Source of the DNA: a virus
Taxonomy: Duplodnaviria; Caudoviricetes
Direction: 5' to 3' (one strand)
Virus record (IMG/VR): IMGVR_UViG_3300009095_000011
Coordinates: 50,227-114,226 of that record
Length of the DNA: 64,000 nucleotides
Part shown: positions 8,726 through 18,110 of the stretch, one piece after another
How positions within the stretch are numbered: the first letter of the stretch is position 1
How the letters are laid out: every line of letters begins with the position of its first letter
Made by a program: the position numbers and the translations under genes
The notes under the pieces: generated by a model
Seen by the model: the letters and a program-made list of their open reading frames with translations, nothing else
Database searches by the model: none
What the model was told of the DNA's origin: nothing

Positions 8726-11700
8726 TTAAATGATTTCTACTTTAGTATTCTCATTGGAATGAAGAACGTTACATTTCTTCCATCCATCATGTTTGATAAT
8801 TCCTTTTATAAAGATAATGCTTTTTTCTGCATTTTTCAAGACTTTTTTATACTTTTCATATTCTTCATTCCATAATGTAAAATGAATCATTTCACTATTT
8901 ACATTGATATCTATCTGGACAAATTTGCCACGTTTGGATTTTCTTTCAATGATCTTTTCAATTACTCCACTAACTACTATTTCCTGCCCTATGCTTTCCT
9001 CCTGATTAAATCTTAAAAGATCTATGAGGGAATTTGATTCACTTGCAAAAGAAGATGACTGAATGAGTTCTTTATAGTTAATATACCCCAATCCTGTCAA
9101 TTCAAGACTTTTCAATATCCACCAATGATTTTTCCAAATATTATTGAAATCATTAAATTCTTCTGGTAAATCTTCTTTTATAATTTCCTCATAATATTCC
9201 CTCAATATCTTAATTCTGTCAGATTCTTGTTTGACATTATAAAGCTCATCAAAAGCACCTGCAAGAATGAGATTAGTAATTGCTCGTTTATTTACTGTTC
9301 GCTTATCTACGCGATCAAATAAGTCTTTTACAGAGAAGAAATTACCTTTATTGTTTCTTTCTTCTATGATCTTCTCAACTGCTTTTTCACCTACCCATTT
9401 AACAGAAACAAGTGACCAATATATTTTTTTCTTGTCAAAGTCTGGTTTAAAATATTCTCCCGAATGATTGATATCTGGCTGAGATACCATTACCTCTCCC
9501 AATCGATTCATTTCGGCTATAATTTGAGGCTTAGTGGAATCATCAGCATATTGCAGGGCTACATTATAGAATGCCACAGGGTAATGAGCCTTTAGGTACA
9601 TTGTGGTATATCCTAAAATCGTATAACAAGCAGCATGGGAGTAATTGAATGAATACTGACCAAAGCTTTCAAACATATTCCATATATGTTCAGCTTCTTC
9701 TTTCGGGCAACCATTTTTTATTGCACCTTCAATAAATTGTGGCTTGTATGAATTTAAAAGTTCCTGATCTTTCTTACCTATACCCTTACGAATCATATCG
9801 GAATCAGCAAGGGAAAATCCCGCAAGATCAACGCAAGCCCTCATCACTTGCTCCTGGTATGCTAAAATTCCATAAGTTTCTTTTGTGATTTCCTCAAGTC
9901 CCCAAAGATATTCAGGTAATCTTTCACCATTTTTTATTTTTATATAATCAATATGTGACCCCGTACCCATTGCGCCTGGACGATAAAGAGCATTGGCGGC
10001 AATAAGATCATTTAACTTATCAGGCCTCATATCCATAAGAAAACCAGTCATGCCACCGCCACTGAATTGAAACACATCAGCAGTGTACCCATCATTAAAC
10101 ATCCAGAATACTTTCTTATCATCAAGTGGAATATTTTGAAAATTATATTCCTTACCATATTTTTCTTTAACTATTTTAAATATATCTCCAACTTTATCAA
10201 GTTGAGAAAGTCCAAGTATATCTTCTTTCAGAAATCCAAGTTTATCTAATACAGTCCCACTATATTCACTTACTATAATTCCATCCTCTTTTCTTACAGG
10301 TATCCAATCCCATACTTCAATTTCATTACCCTCTTCATCTACATGTGGGAAAATTATAATAGCAGAAGCATGAATTGATTTATTACGAATTACATTGTTA
10401 ACTAATGGAAGATCATTTACAACTTCAATATTTTCTTTTATGAACTTTTTAAGAACTGTAACCTCCTGTGAATATTTAAACAATTCAGTAATATTTTGTG
10501 GTTCATCGGCAACTTTCTTTGGGAATGTTCCTGTAATATAATTGATAGTCTGAAAATCAGTACCATTTTCTTTAGCAAGTTCCTTTAATGCACTTTTTAT
10601 TTTTAATAATCCCCATGTGCCAACATAAGCAGTATGATTGTATCCATATTTCTGAACTATATATTGTTTAATTTTTTCTCGTCCCTCACTGGAAAAATCT
10701 ATATCCACATCAGGCAATCCCTTAGTTACCCTTGCACTATTAAGAAACCTATCAAAAGGTAAGTTATATTCAAGTGGATCAATCATTGTAACATTCATCA
10801 AGTAAAGACAAAGAGATGATGCAGCAGAACCACGACCTAAATTTCTCATTATGCCTCTCTTATCTGCCTCTCTACAAATATCATAGGTAATAAGAAAGTA
10901 TTCTCTATATCCTCCTAAATCAATTACACTTGTTTCATATTCAATGCGGTCTAAATATTTTTGATCATTCTCCTTGCCTATTCTTATCAATCCTTTCATG
11001 ATAAGATTGTCGAACATATTATTTGTAGTTCCATATTGTTCTTTCTCTTCATCTGTCATAATATACTTAGGCAGATGAAGTTTTCCGGTTTCTATTTCAA
11101 ACTTGCACTTATCAGCTATTTTAACGCTGTTCTCAGCACTTTGAGCGAATATGTCATATAATCTATCATCTTCACCTTTAAATAGCTTAGAGAGGCTAAA
11201 AAACAGTTCATCAATGCTCTTGAAATGTTGGTCGTCGCTTGCGTAGCTAAATGGTACTTTGCCGATCTTTGCAAGTTTTGGTTTTATATGAGCATGAGAT
11301 TTATCAAGATAGTAACTGTCACTCATTAATACAGGAGGACAGATAGGATAAAGTTCATGAAGATATTGTTTAAGGTTTAGCAAGTGCTCTTTATCTCGCT
11401 CATTGGATTTATATTCAACTGGATCGAATTGAAAATATATGTCTTTGAATTGTTTACTAAATTTGTAGAATACTGCTTTATTAAAATAATTTATGCTATC
11501 GGGAGGAATCACAAGGATGAGACCAGATGATCTTTCGAGTAGTTCTTTTTCAACAATAAATCCATCATTATCTACTTTAATTGCTTTATTGATCCTTAAA
11601 AGGTTTTGCCATCCTGTTTTATTCTTTACATATAGTTTTACAAGGTAAGTTGCTTTGCTCTGTACTGTGGCTGTCATTCCTAATGAATAACCTATTTGTG

Positions 11701-11869
11701 CTTTCTTGCAAGCTTCCTGGAATGATAATGTTCCTCCTAATGTATTATGATCACATATTCCAAGATGATCTATTCCTAAGAATTTAGCTTTCTTTATGTA
11801 ATCTTTATGTTCTCTTGTTCCTGAACATATTTCGTATTTAGAATGAATAGCAAGGTGAGAGTAGTTCAT
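8726..11869 (-). CDS. dnaE: DNA polymerase III alpha subunit (PHP + Pol + OB)
   Basis: HLAIHS/CDHNTL PHP motifs, GRGSAASSL, PDVDID, KEDILGL, LYRPG, YQEQVM, YSFNYSHA, C-terminal OB fold. Confidence 0.95.
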   Translation of the reverse strand: MNYSHLAIHSKYEICSGTREHKDYIKKAKFLGIDHLGICDHNTLGGTLSFQEACKKAQIGYSLGMTATVQSKATYLVKLYVKNKTGWQNLLRINKAIKVDNDGFIVEKELLERSSGLILVIPPDSINYFNKAVFYKFSKQFKDIYFQFDPVEYKSNERDKEHLLNLKQYLHELYPICPPVLMSDSYYLDKSHAHIKPKLAKIGKVPFSYASDDQHFKSIDELFFSLSKLFKGEDDRLYDIFAQSAENSVKIADKCKFEIETGKLHLPKYIMTDEEKEQYGTTNNMFDNLIMKGLIRIGKENDQKYLDRIEYETSVIDLGGYREYFLITYDICREADKRGIMRNLGRGSAASSLCLYLMNVTMIDPLEYNLPFDRFLNSARVTKGLPDVDIDFSSEGREKIKQYIVQKYGYNHTAYVGTWGLLKIKSALKELAKENGTDFQTINYITGTFPKKVADEPQNITELFKYSQEVTVLKKFIKENIEVVNDLPLVNNVIRNKSIHASAIIIFPHVDEEGNEIEVWDWIPVRKEDGIIVSEYSGTVLDKLGFLKEDILGLSQLDKVGDIFKIVKEKYGKEYNFQNIPLDDKKVFWMFNDGYTADVFQFSGGGMTGFLMDMRPDKLNDLIAANALYRPGAMGTGSHIDYIKIKNGERLPEYLWGLEEITKETYGILAYQEQVMRACVDLAGFSLADSDMIRKGIGKKDQELLNSYKPQFIEGAIKNGCPKEEAEHIWNMFESFGQYSFNYSHAACYTILGYTTMYLKAHYPVAFYNVALQYADDSTKPQIIAEMNRLGEVMVSQPDINHSGEYFKPDFDKKKIYWSLVSVKWVGEKAVEKIIEERNNKGNFFSVKDLFDRVDKRTVNKRAITNLILAGAFDELYNVKQESDRIKILREYYEEIIKEDLPEEFNDFNNIWKNHWWILKSLELTGLGYINYKELIQSSSFASESNSLIDLLRFNQEESIGQEIVVSGVIEKIIERKSKRGKFVQIDINVNSEMIHFTLWNEEYEKYKKVLKNAEKSIIFIKGIIKHDGWKKCNVLHSNENTKVEII

Positions 11870-12327
11870 GAATTTATCTTTTCAATAAAAATTATATCAG
11901 AAGTGTTAATTTCTTTATTATTCAAATTAACAATATTGGGAAATAAGCTACTAACTATTTTAATAGATCCACCCTCACCATCAATCCAACTTGAACTTAA
12001 TTGTTTTAAAATTCCACTCTTTGCCTCAATCGTATTATGAATTGTCTTATAATGATAGATATATTCGTTAGTAAAGCAATCAAATGGAAGGTGATTCAAA
12101 GCTTTTAGTCGAGATAATTTTTTAGGATGAATTTTGCTATTTATTCTTCCTAATCCAGTATGCAATTCTTTATTAATAATATAGTCTGAATTAATAAGAT
12201 TTTTAGGATAAGTAATGGTATTTTTTATAAAATATTCATTATACCATACATTTACTTCCAATTTGCCATTTAATAAACGTATGGCAGACCAACCTATTGG
12301 TAATTTTTTAAACATTTCTCTCATCAC
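11866..12327 (-). CDS. Hypothetical basic protein between the putative DnaE N-terminal ORF and dnaE
   Basis: Frame 11866..12402; likely start GTG/ATG at about 12327, overlapping the upstream TGA (GTGA); its stop overlaps the dnaE ATG (ATGA). Confidence 0.5.
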   Translation of the reverse strand: MMREMFKKLPIGWSAIRLLNGKLEVNVWYNEYFIKNTITYPKNLINSDYIINKELHTGLGRINSKIHPKKLSRLKALNHLPFDCFTNEYIYHYKTIHNTIEAKSGILKQLSSSWIDGEGGSIKIVSSLFPNIVNLNNKEINTSDIIFIEKINS

Positions 12328-12695
12328 AATTGACTTTTGGCCTTTCCTAAATATTTTAATGGGTTTAATTGAGGTTCTTGATCTTTGTTGTAGAAGTACC
12401 AATTGCCTCCGAATTTAAAAGCAAAGAACTGAACTATATCAGCTAATGTTTGCTCCATGTCATCTAAGATAAGATGAAATGATTGGTCGAATAGATGGGA
12501 TTGTATTTCTTGTTCAATTTGAACTTGCTTTGGTTCAATTATAAGGAAATAACCTACATCTTTGATTTCAAATATTTTGTCAGGAAATTCTTCTACAAAG
12601 GAATAGTTGAGAGAATTTTCCTCAAGCCAGTCTACGATTTTCATGGGTTGCAATTTAAAATGGCAAATCGAAAATAAAATCTTCATCTTGCTCAA
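12324..12695 (-). CDS. Hypothetical; resembles the N-terminal extension of Bacteroidota phage/prophage DnaE
   Basis: MKIVDWLEENSLNY...FAFKFGGNWYF...LNPLKYLGK; similarity recalled from memory, unverified. Confidence 0.45.
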   Translation of the reverse strand: MSKMKILFSICHFKLQPMKIVDWLEENSLNYSFVEEFPDKIFEIKDVGYFLIIEPKQVQIEQEIQSHLFDQSFHLILDDMEQTLADIVQFFAFKFGGNWYFYNKDQEPQLNPLKYLGKAKSQL

Positions 12696-12966
12696 TGGAG
12701 TTGGTATCGTTGATTTTGTTTTCTAATTCTTTGAAAGCTTTATCTAAATTTCTACTTTTAAACCAATTAAGGCCGTCAACATAAAGAGAATATTCTATAT
12801 AATATTCAGATCCTGTTTCTTTTGAATGTACTATTTTTTCTACTCGAAATGAATAATACCTTCCATTTGCCAATTTAGACAATCTTTTGTCTATTTCAGT
12901 GAAAGTATTAGTGATATTGGATATTCTCAATAACCAATAAGCAAATTTTTTAATTAATCTTTTCAT
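12655..12966 (-). CDS. Hypothetical protein
   Basis: 103-aa ORF with acidic DLPF-type C-terminus. Confidence 0.55.
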   Translation of the reverse strand: MKRLIKKFAYWLLRISNITNTFTEIDKRLSKLANGRYYSFRVEKIVHSKETGSEYYIEYSLYVDGLNWFKSRNLDKAFKELENKINDTNSIEQDEDFIFDLPF

Positions 12967-12990
12967 GGGTTTTACAATTTTTATTTAAAG

Positions 12991-13539
12991 TTATAAAATT
13001 CTTGCAATATGATCAAGAGAAACTTTTCTACATTTCTCTTCGCCTTTGGCTTTTATTACTGCTATATTATTTTTTCTATCAACATTTACAAGAACTCCCA
13101 CAATGGCACTATCATCTTCCTGCTTGATTCTTATGTCAGTATCTTTCATAAAGTAATTATAAAAATCCTGAGATGCAAATGATTCCCTATGTTGCTCATC
13201 TTTATAATGAAAATCAGGAAAGCCCCATCCATCTCTATATATCTTAGATGCAACCCTTTGTTTTTCCTTACTATCAATAAAGATATTAGGTAATGCAGGA
13301 TTTCGACTACATATGTCTTGAATCTTATTTTTCTTATGAAACATTACCCTTTCTTTGTAATATTTCTTATCGTTGACATTAGGGTATATCTTAGATCTCA
13401 ATTCAGCAGATATATATTCAATTTGCAAAATCTCTAAAAATTCTAAGATTGGTAAGTCTCTGGTTTTTTCTACTTTATTTTCGCTGGACATTAAAAATGA
13501 AACAATTCGTTTCCATACTACAGTTATATTCTTTGCCAT
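12991..13539 (-). CDS. Hypothetical protein
   Basis: 182-aa ORF in the replication cluster. Confidence 0.6.
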   Translation of the reverse strand: MAKNITVVWKRIVSFLMSSENKVEKTRDLPILEFLEILQIEYISAELRSKIYPNVNDKKYYKERVMFHKKNKIQDICSRNPALPNIFIDSKEKQRVASKIYRDGWGFPDFHYKDEQHRESFASQDFYNYFMKDTDIRIKQEDDSAIVGVLVNVDRKNNIAVIKAKGEEKCRKVSLDHIARIL

Positions 13540-13557
13540 AAGAATTGTACAATTTTT

Positions 13558-14493
13558 TTAAAGATTATCAATGAAAAAATCAAAAGGAGATTTAATATTA
13601 TTTAGTGCTTTCTCTAATTGATCATAACTGCAATCGCCTGGATCATTATTTCCTGCAATAGTGGTTATGTTGGTATTGAAGTATAAATCTAATTCAAAGG
13701 AAATTGGCTTTATCTTACTGACTACATCGTTATCAAAAAGTAAGATGGTATTCTTAATGTTGGGCTTGGATCTTAATAATTCAAGCTGATTGTGGGAAAG
13801 TTTTGCACCAAAAGTGCATAATGGTTTAATTTGGTCACAATCATAAAGGTCTAAAAGCCTATTTACATTTATAATATCCAATTTTCCTTCACACAATATT
13901 ACAGTATGTGTCTGATCGGTTACTTTGTCAAAACCTCCAAGTAAACAAGAGAAATCAGAGATTGAATTATTATATTTTGGATCTCCTTCAACTTCTCTCC
14001 TGCTGACATAAGCCTTAACTTGACCTTCCAGATAAATAGGAAATATACAGTATTTTTTCAAAGAACTAAGTAAGCTCGTTTTGCCTACTTCCCAATATTG
14101 ATAATCTTTTTCTACAAAACCCCTGCTATCGAGATAGTCGTTTTGATAAACTCTTCTATACCCCAATGGCAATTGTTTGTTTGGTAAAGATAGTAATTTT
14201 TGTTGTTCTACTAAAGAAGTTAGAAAAATATTTTCAAGTTTATCATCTAATACATTAACATCTTTAGTAAATTGAGCTTTTATTCCTAAAATTTTTAGTA
14301 AATCATATATATTGCCAACATAACCACATTTGGCCTTTCTAAAACAGCCTACTGGATGATTTTCTTTATTATATGAAATGGATGCTTCACGATGATCACA
14401 CTTGGGGCAATTGATAACAAAGTTGCCTCTCTTGTTGTCCCAAGGTTTTAATGAAGAAAGAAGATTGAATAGTTTATCTTTATCAAGCTTCAT
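13558..14493 (-). CDS. DNA primase (Zn finger + TOPRIM)
   Basis: CPKC...C..C Zn finger, YLDSRG, PKYNN, LCEGKLD, LFDND, DPGD. Confidence 0.85.
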   Translation of the reverse strand: MKLDKDKLFNLLSSLKPWDNKRGNFVINCPKCDHREASISYNKENHPVGCFRKAKCGYVGNIYDLLKILGIKAQFTKDVNVLDDKLENIFLTSLVEQQKLLSLPNKQLPLGYRRVYQNDYLDSRGFVEKDYQYWEVGKTSLLSSLKKYCIFPIYLEGQVKAYVSRREVEGDPKYNNSISDFSCLLGGFDKVTDQTHTVILCEGKLDIINVNRLLDLYDCDQIKPLCTFGAKLSHNQLELLRSKPNIKNTILLFDNDVVSKIKPISFELDLYFNTNITTIAGNNDPGDCSYDQLEKALNNIKSPFDFFIDNL

Positions 14494-14656
14494 TTTTGCA
14501 CTTTTGACAATATTGAGGTTCTAAATTTAATTTATTACCATAAGCAAGCAATTCTTTTGATGAAAATTGATTTCCTATTTTAATGATTTCTCTGCAATTA
14601 GAACAAAGTAATGCTAAATTGCCGCCATTGAATTTAAATATTGCTTTATTTTTCAT
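14483..14656 (-). CDS. Small Zn-finger protein (57 aa)
   Basis: MKNKAIFKFNGGNLALLCSNC...YCQKCKNEA; overlaps the helicase stop and primase start. Confidence 0.6.
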   Translation of the reverse strand: MKNKAIFKFNGGNLALLCSNCREIIKIGNQFSSKELLAYGNKLNLEPQYCQKCKNEA

Positions 14657-15992
14657 CTCCAAAAGTATTTAGTGTACGTTTTCTATCATAAAATCTGCTA
14701 TGTTTATAGGCGGTGCAAATGTAATGAGTTTTGCCACTCGGATGATCTCTGAATTTGTCTTCATATAATCTCATTACTCCACTTTTATATTCATCCATAG
14801 TTTGATTCATAGTTATATGAATACTAAAGGGATCAATTAAGTTTTTATCACCTTTTATGTTCGATCTTGTCATTACTTTGTTTGGATTATTCCATATTTC
14901 AACAGGAACATCTGATGCCTGAGTAGGAATAAATCCACTCATATTAAACTCAACACAAAGATTTGTAAATAATTTGGCAATCTTTCTTTTTCTTGCCTTT
15001 TCACCCTCAGCAGATGCACTATATCTTATTCCATCTCCTGGCTGCACCTCATCGAGATAATCTACTAATATAACATCTGCATCGCCATAAGATTTAAAAT
15101 GATCAATTACAGAATTACGAACATCAACCATAGTTGCTGCATCAAATTGTTCATAAGCAATTACCTTAATGTCTCCTGTAATCTTCTTTGAATTTTCAAT
15201 TACCTTATTTACTACATCTTGAGATAAACAGGTGAGATTCATGTCGTGATAATTTGAGCCAGCCATTAATGCATCATAAGCATTTGTACACTCTTTTTTA
15301 CTTCCCTCAAATTGAAAGTGCAAAACTTTTTTACCCATTCTGGCATTATAATACCCAATCCATCTAAGCAAGAAAGACTTGCCTATTCCAGATCGCGCAG
15401 TAATTAGGCAAGTTTTGCCCCTATCTAATCCACCATAAGTTCTGCTATCAAGGGAATCTATTCCAAATGAAGCTTTGTTTAAGAATTGACCTTGGCTCAA
15501 TGAATTGTTAATCATTCTGGTATTATATCTATTCTCAAATCCTGAAAAAATAGATTCAAATGCCTTTGCTTTTAAAGAAAAATTGGCAATGTTTTCAGAT
15601 TTCTTTGTAAGTATCTCAATTGCCTTTTCATATTGTCCCCTCTCGTATGTTTCTTTCATATCGCTATGAAGCTCAAGAAACATTGCTTTCTTTACAAAAA
15701 TCTCAAGTTGAGTAAGTATTAATTCTTTAGCTGGTACATCTGCTTCTTTAATATGCCTTAGTTGTTCAATTACTTTAGGTTTTAATTTGAATTGTTCAGC
15801 AAGTGAACCAATTGAGGGTATTTGTTCAAGTGTACGAAAATGATTTGATATTGCTTTCCATAATTCTTTATATTCTTCTGTAGGTAAAAAATGATATTGT
15901 ACATGATTTATTGCTATTTCAAGTACAGTTTTGCTTCTTAAACAAGTCTTGAATAACTCATTTAAGAAGTCAGGTGAGAGTTTCTCTGTCAT
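14646..15992 (-). CDS. Replicative DnaB-like helicase
   Basis: ARSGIGKS (Walker A), FQFEG, ILVDYLD (Walker B), PTQ, KFRD. Confidence 0.88.
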   Translation of the reverse strand: MTEKLSPDFLNELFKTCLRSKTVLEIAINHVQYHFLPTEEYKELWKAISNHFRTLEQIPSIGSLAEQFKLKPKVIEQLRHIKEADVPAKELILTQLEIFVKKAMFLELHSDMKETYERGQYEKAIEILTKKSENIANFSLKAKAFESIFSGFENRYNTRMINNSLSQGQFLNKASFGIDSLDSRTYGGLDRGKTCLITARSGIGKSFLLRWIGYYNARMGKKVLHFQFEGSKKECTNAYDALMAGSNYHDMNLTCLSQDVVNKVIENSKKITGDIKVIAYEQFDAATMVDVRNSVIDHFKSYGDADVILVDYLDEVQPGDGIRYSASAEGEKARKRKIAKLFTNLCVEFNMSGFIPTQASDVPVEIWNNPNKVMTRSNIKGDKNLIDPFSIHITMNQTMDEYKSGVMRLYEDKFRDHPSGKTHYICTAYKHSRFYDRKRTLNTFGDEK

Positions 15993-15995
15993 ACA

Positions 15996-16211
15996 CTATA
16001 ATTCACAAACTTGTGTAAAATTATCTACAACAAATTGATTGCATTTATTATGATCTCTGTTCAAAAATTTAATTACATCTCCATTAAAATTAAAAGGATA
16101 TGCATATATTCCAGTATTTTCATTTCGATTAGTAAATTTTATATCCAAAATTAAATGTTCAATGGTATATAATTTACTATTTTGATTATTTCTATAAAGC
16201 TTCATTATCAC
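15996..16211 (-). CDS. Hypothetical protein
   Basis: 71-aa ORF in a packed gene run. Confidence 0.5.
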   Translation of the reverse strand: MIMKLYRNNQNSKLYTIEHLILDIKFTNRNENTGIYAYPFNFNGDVIKFLNRDHNKCNQFVVDNFTQVCEL

Positions 16212-16405
16212 ACCCTATATCTATTTTTTAACTCTTTTATCTTATTGTCATCATCTTTAAAAATGATTATTTCAGCCCTATTAATTTCTTCTCTTGCTAT
16301 CACGCTACTTTTAAAATCATAAAATGTAACTTTATCTATTGGTAGAAGCTTGTTAAATTTTGTTAAATCATCACGATTTAATTCAATAAATTTTTTCACT
16401 TTCAT
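16208..16405 (-). CDS. Hypothetical protein
   Basis: 65-aa ORF overlapping the downstream gene. Confidence 0.5.
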   Translation of the reverse strand: MKVKKFIELNRDDLTKFNKLLPIDKVTFYDFKSSVIAREEINRAEIIIFKDDDNKIKELKNRYRV

Positions 16406-16596
16406 TATCTATTTATTTTAATTAAACAAATACTTAGTATTTTATTTCCAATACTTTATAATAATATAATTGCCAGGATTTTTAAGTCTTTTCTTGTGCC
16501 ATTTGGCTTGTTTCTTTGTTATAAAACCTCCTTTATAAAATTCAAAACACCCTGATGTTATACTTGCTCCAGTGTCATGATGGGTTCTTATTTTTA

Positions 16597-17154
16597 TTAT
16601 TGCAAACATCGTTTTTTGTAAAGTAAAGGATAATTTATTTTAAGAAGCTCTTTACATTCGTTTCTGAATTTACATCGAAAACATATAGGACTCTTCTTAT
16701 AAAGAGAAGTATGATGAATACACCACAATAGACCAATATCTTTATTTAAATACTTAGCTCTATGTTGATCTTCATAATCATTATTTTCAGTAGATTTTTC
16801 GTCATCAAAGATAATAAAAGAAGTGTTCTTTTCAATGTAATAATTGATTTTGTCTACATTGTCGCCAGTCATGTATTTCTGATAACGATCAAATGCTTTC
16901 TTTCCTAATATCCATTGAAGTGATATTTTACGCTTAACATTTTCTTTATCGAGCCAGTAAGCAAATTGAAATCTGAAATAATGCCTCAACCATTGTTCAC
17001 CTATACTATTGATATTATAAGCCTTTTTTAGACGTTTTAAGAAGTTATCTACTGTCTTTCGATTAGTTACACTATTAACATCACAAAATGTCTTACAATC
17101 GTTGTAAAATGCGTTATAACATGTGTTGAAAAGTTTTCCAATGAGGTCATGCAT
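16597..17154 (-). CDS. Hypothetical protein with Cys-rich C-terminus
   Basis: WC...CFRCKFRNEC. Confidence 0.6.
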   Translation of the reverse strand: MHDLIGKLFNTCYNAFYNDCKTFCDVNSVTNRKTVDNFLKRLKKAYNINSIGEQWLRHYFRFQFAYWLDKENVKRKISLQWILGKKAFDRYQKYMTGDNVDKINYYIEKNTSFIIFDDEKSTENNDYEDQHRAKYLNKDIGLLWCIHHTSLYKKSPICFRCKFRNECKELLKINYPLLYKKRCLQ

Positions 17155-17470
17155 ATTGCAAATTTCTCTGTAATAAATTTGGATAACCTAAATCACTTTT
17201 GGCTTTCTCTTGTTTTATCCCATGTCTTTTATCATACAGAGAACCTCTGAGGAATGCATTTTGTCTTTGGATCATTCTTCTGATTCGAGTTATACTATCA
17301 AGAGAGGGAAGTTTCTTATCTGATACCTGCTTTATGAGGTTTGTTGCAGGTTGTTTGAAGATATTGAAATTTAATTGTGCAAGGATGTGAGCATATAGTA
17401 TTTGATCATCATCGCGAGATTGAGGAACCTTATTTAAGATATCCTCAGTGAGTTTGTAGTAACCTTTCAT
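17147..17470 (-). CDS. Hypothetical protein
   Basis: 107-aa ORF after the promoter motif at 17493. Confidence 0.6.
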   Translation of the reverse strand: MKGYYKLTEDILNKVPQSRDDDQILYAHILAQLNFNIFKQPATNLIKQVSDKKLPSLDSITRIRRMIQRQNAFLRGSLYDKRHGIKQEKAKSDLGYPNLLQRNLQYA

Positions 17471-17508
17471 TTATGTTTACGATTTTTATTTATGTAAATA
17501 TAGGTGTT

Positions 17509-18108
17509 TTATACTGTAATTGAAAGCGAAATGCTATTTTCTTCATTATAATGAATAAATAAATTTATAACTTGCTGAGTATCAAGTGAAATGTTATTGG
17601 TAAAATTATCATATAGATCATCACAAGATAGGGGTGCTGCGTTGGTTTGATTGATAGTCTTACGAAACCATATACCAACACTTCTGCCAGATAATATTTC
17701 ACCTACATCGATAGCGTTATCATTTCCATTAGCTTCTATGAATGTAGCATACAAGGGGGATGCTGAGATTGAATTGATTCGTTCAAATTTAAAATCTCCA
17801 CAGTCATCAACTGTTGGATCAACTATTGCAAGTTCTAATTTTATGTGAGAGATATTATTGTCCTCATCATCAGTTGGATATTCAAACCATATCTTAACAT
17901 TATCAACATCATTAACTAATGTATTCTTTAAGGCAAGAATAATTGTTTCTCTGGACTTATTATCAATAGCAAGCCTACTTATATCACTTATAACATTGCC
18001 TAAATAATCGTTTGGTACAGAAGAGCTTGAGATATATCCTCCCAATGATAATAAAGGATTAGTTTGCTCTCCTCCTGCTTTTTGACTGTTAGTATAGTAT
18101 AGTTGCAT
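17509..18108 (-). CDS. Putative virion structural protein
   Basis: Last gene of the tail cluster; SLGGYISS motif, beta-rich. Confidence 0.55.
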   Translation of the reverse strand: MQLYYTNSQKAGGEQTNPLLSLGGYISSSSVPNDYLGNVISDISRLAIDNKSRETIILALKNTLVNDVDNVKIWFEYPTDDEDNNISHIKLELAIVDPTVDDCGDFKFERINSISASPLYATFIEANGNDNAIDVGEILSGRSVGIWFRKTINQTNAAPLSCDDLYDNFTNNISLDTQQVINLFIHYNEENSISLSITV

Positions 18109-18110
18109 AA

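Noticed and set aside
11866-12327. Group I intron splitting dnaE
   Set aside because: The interval is fully occupied by an AT-rich ORF coupled at both ends, and no intron core elements were seen
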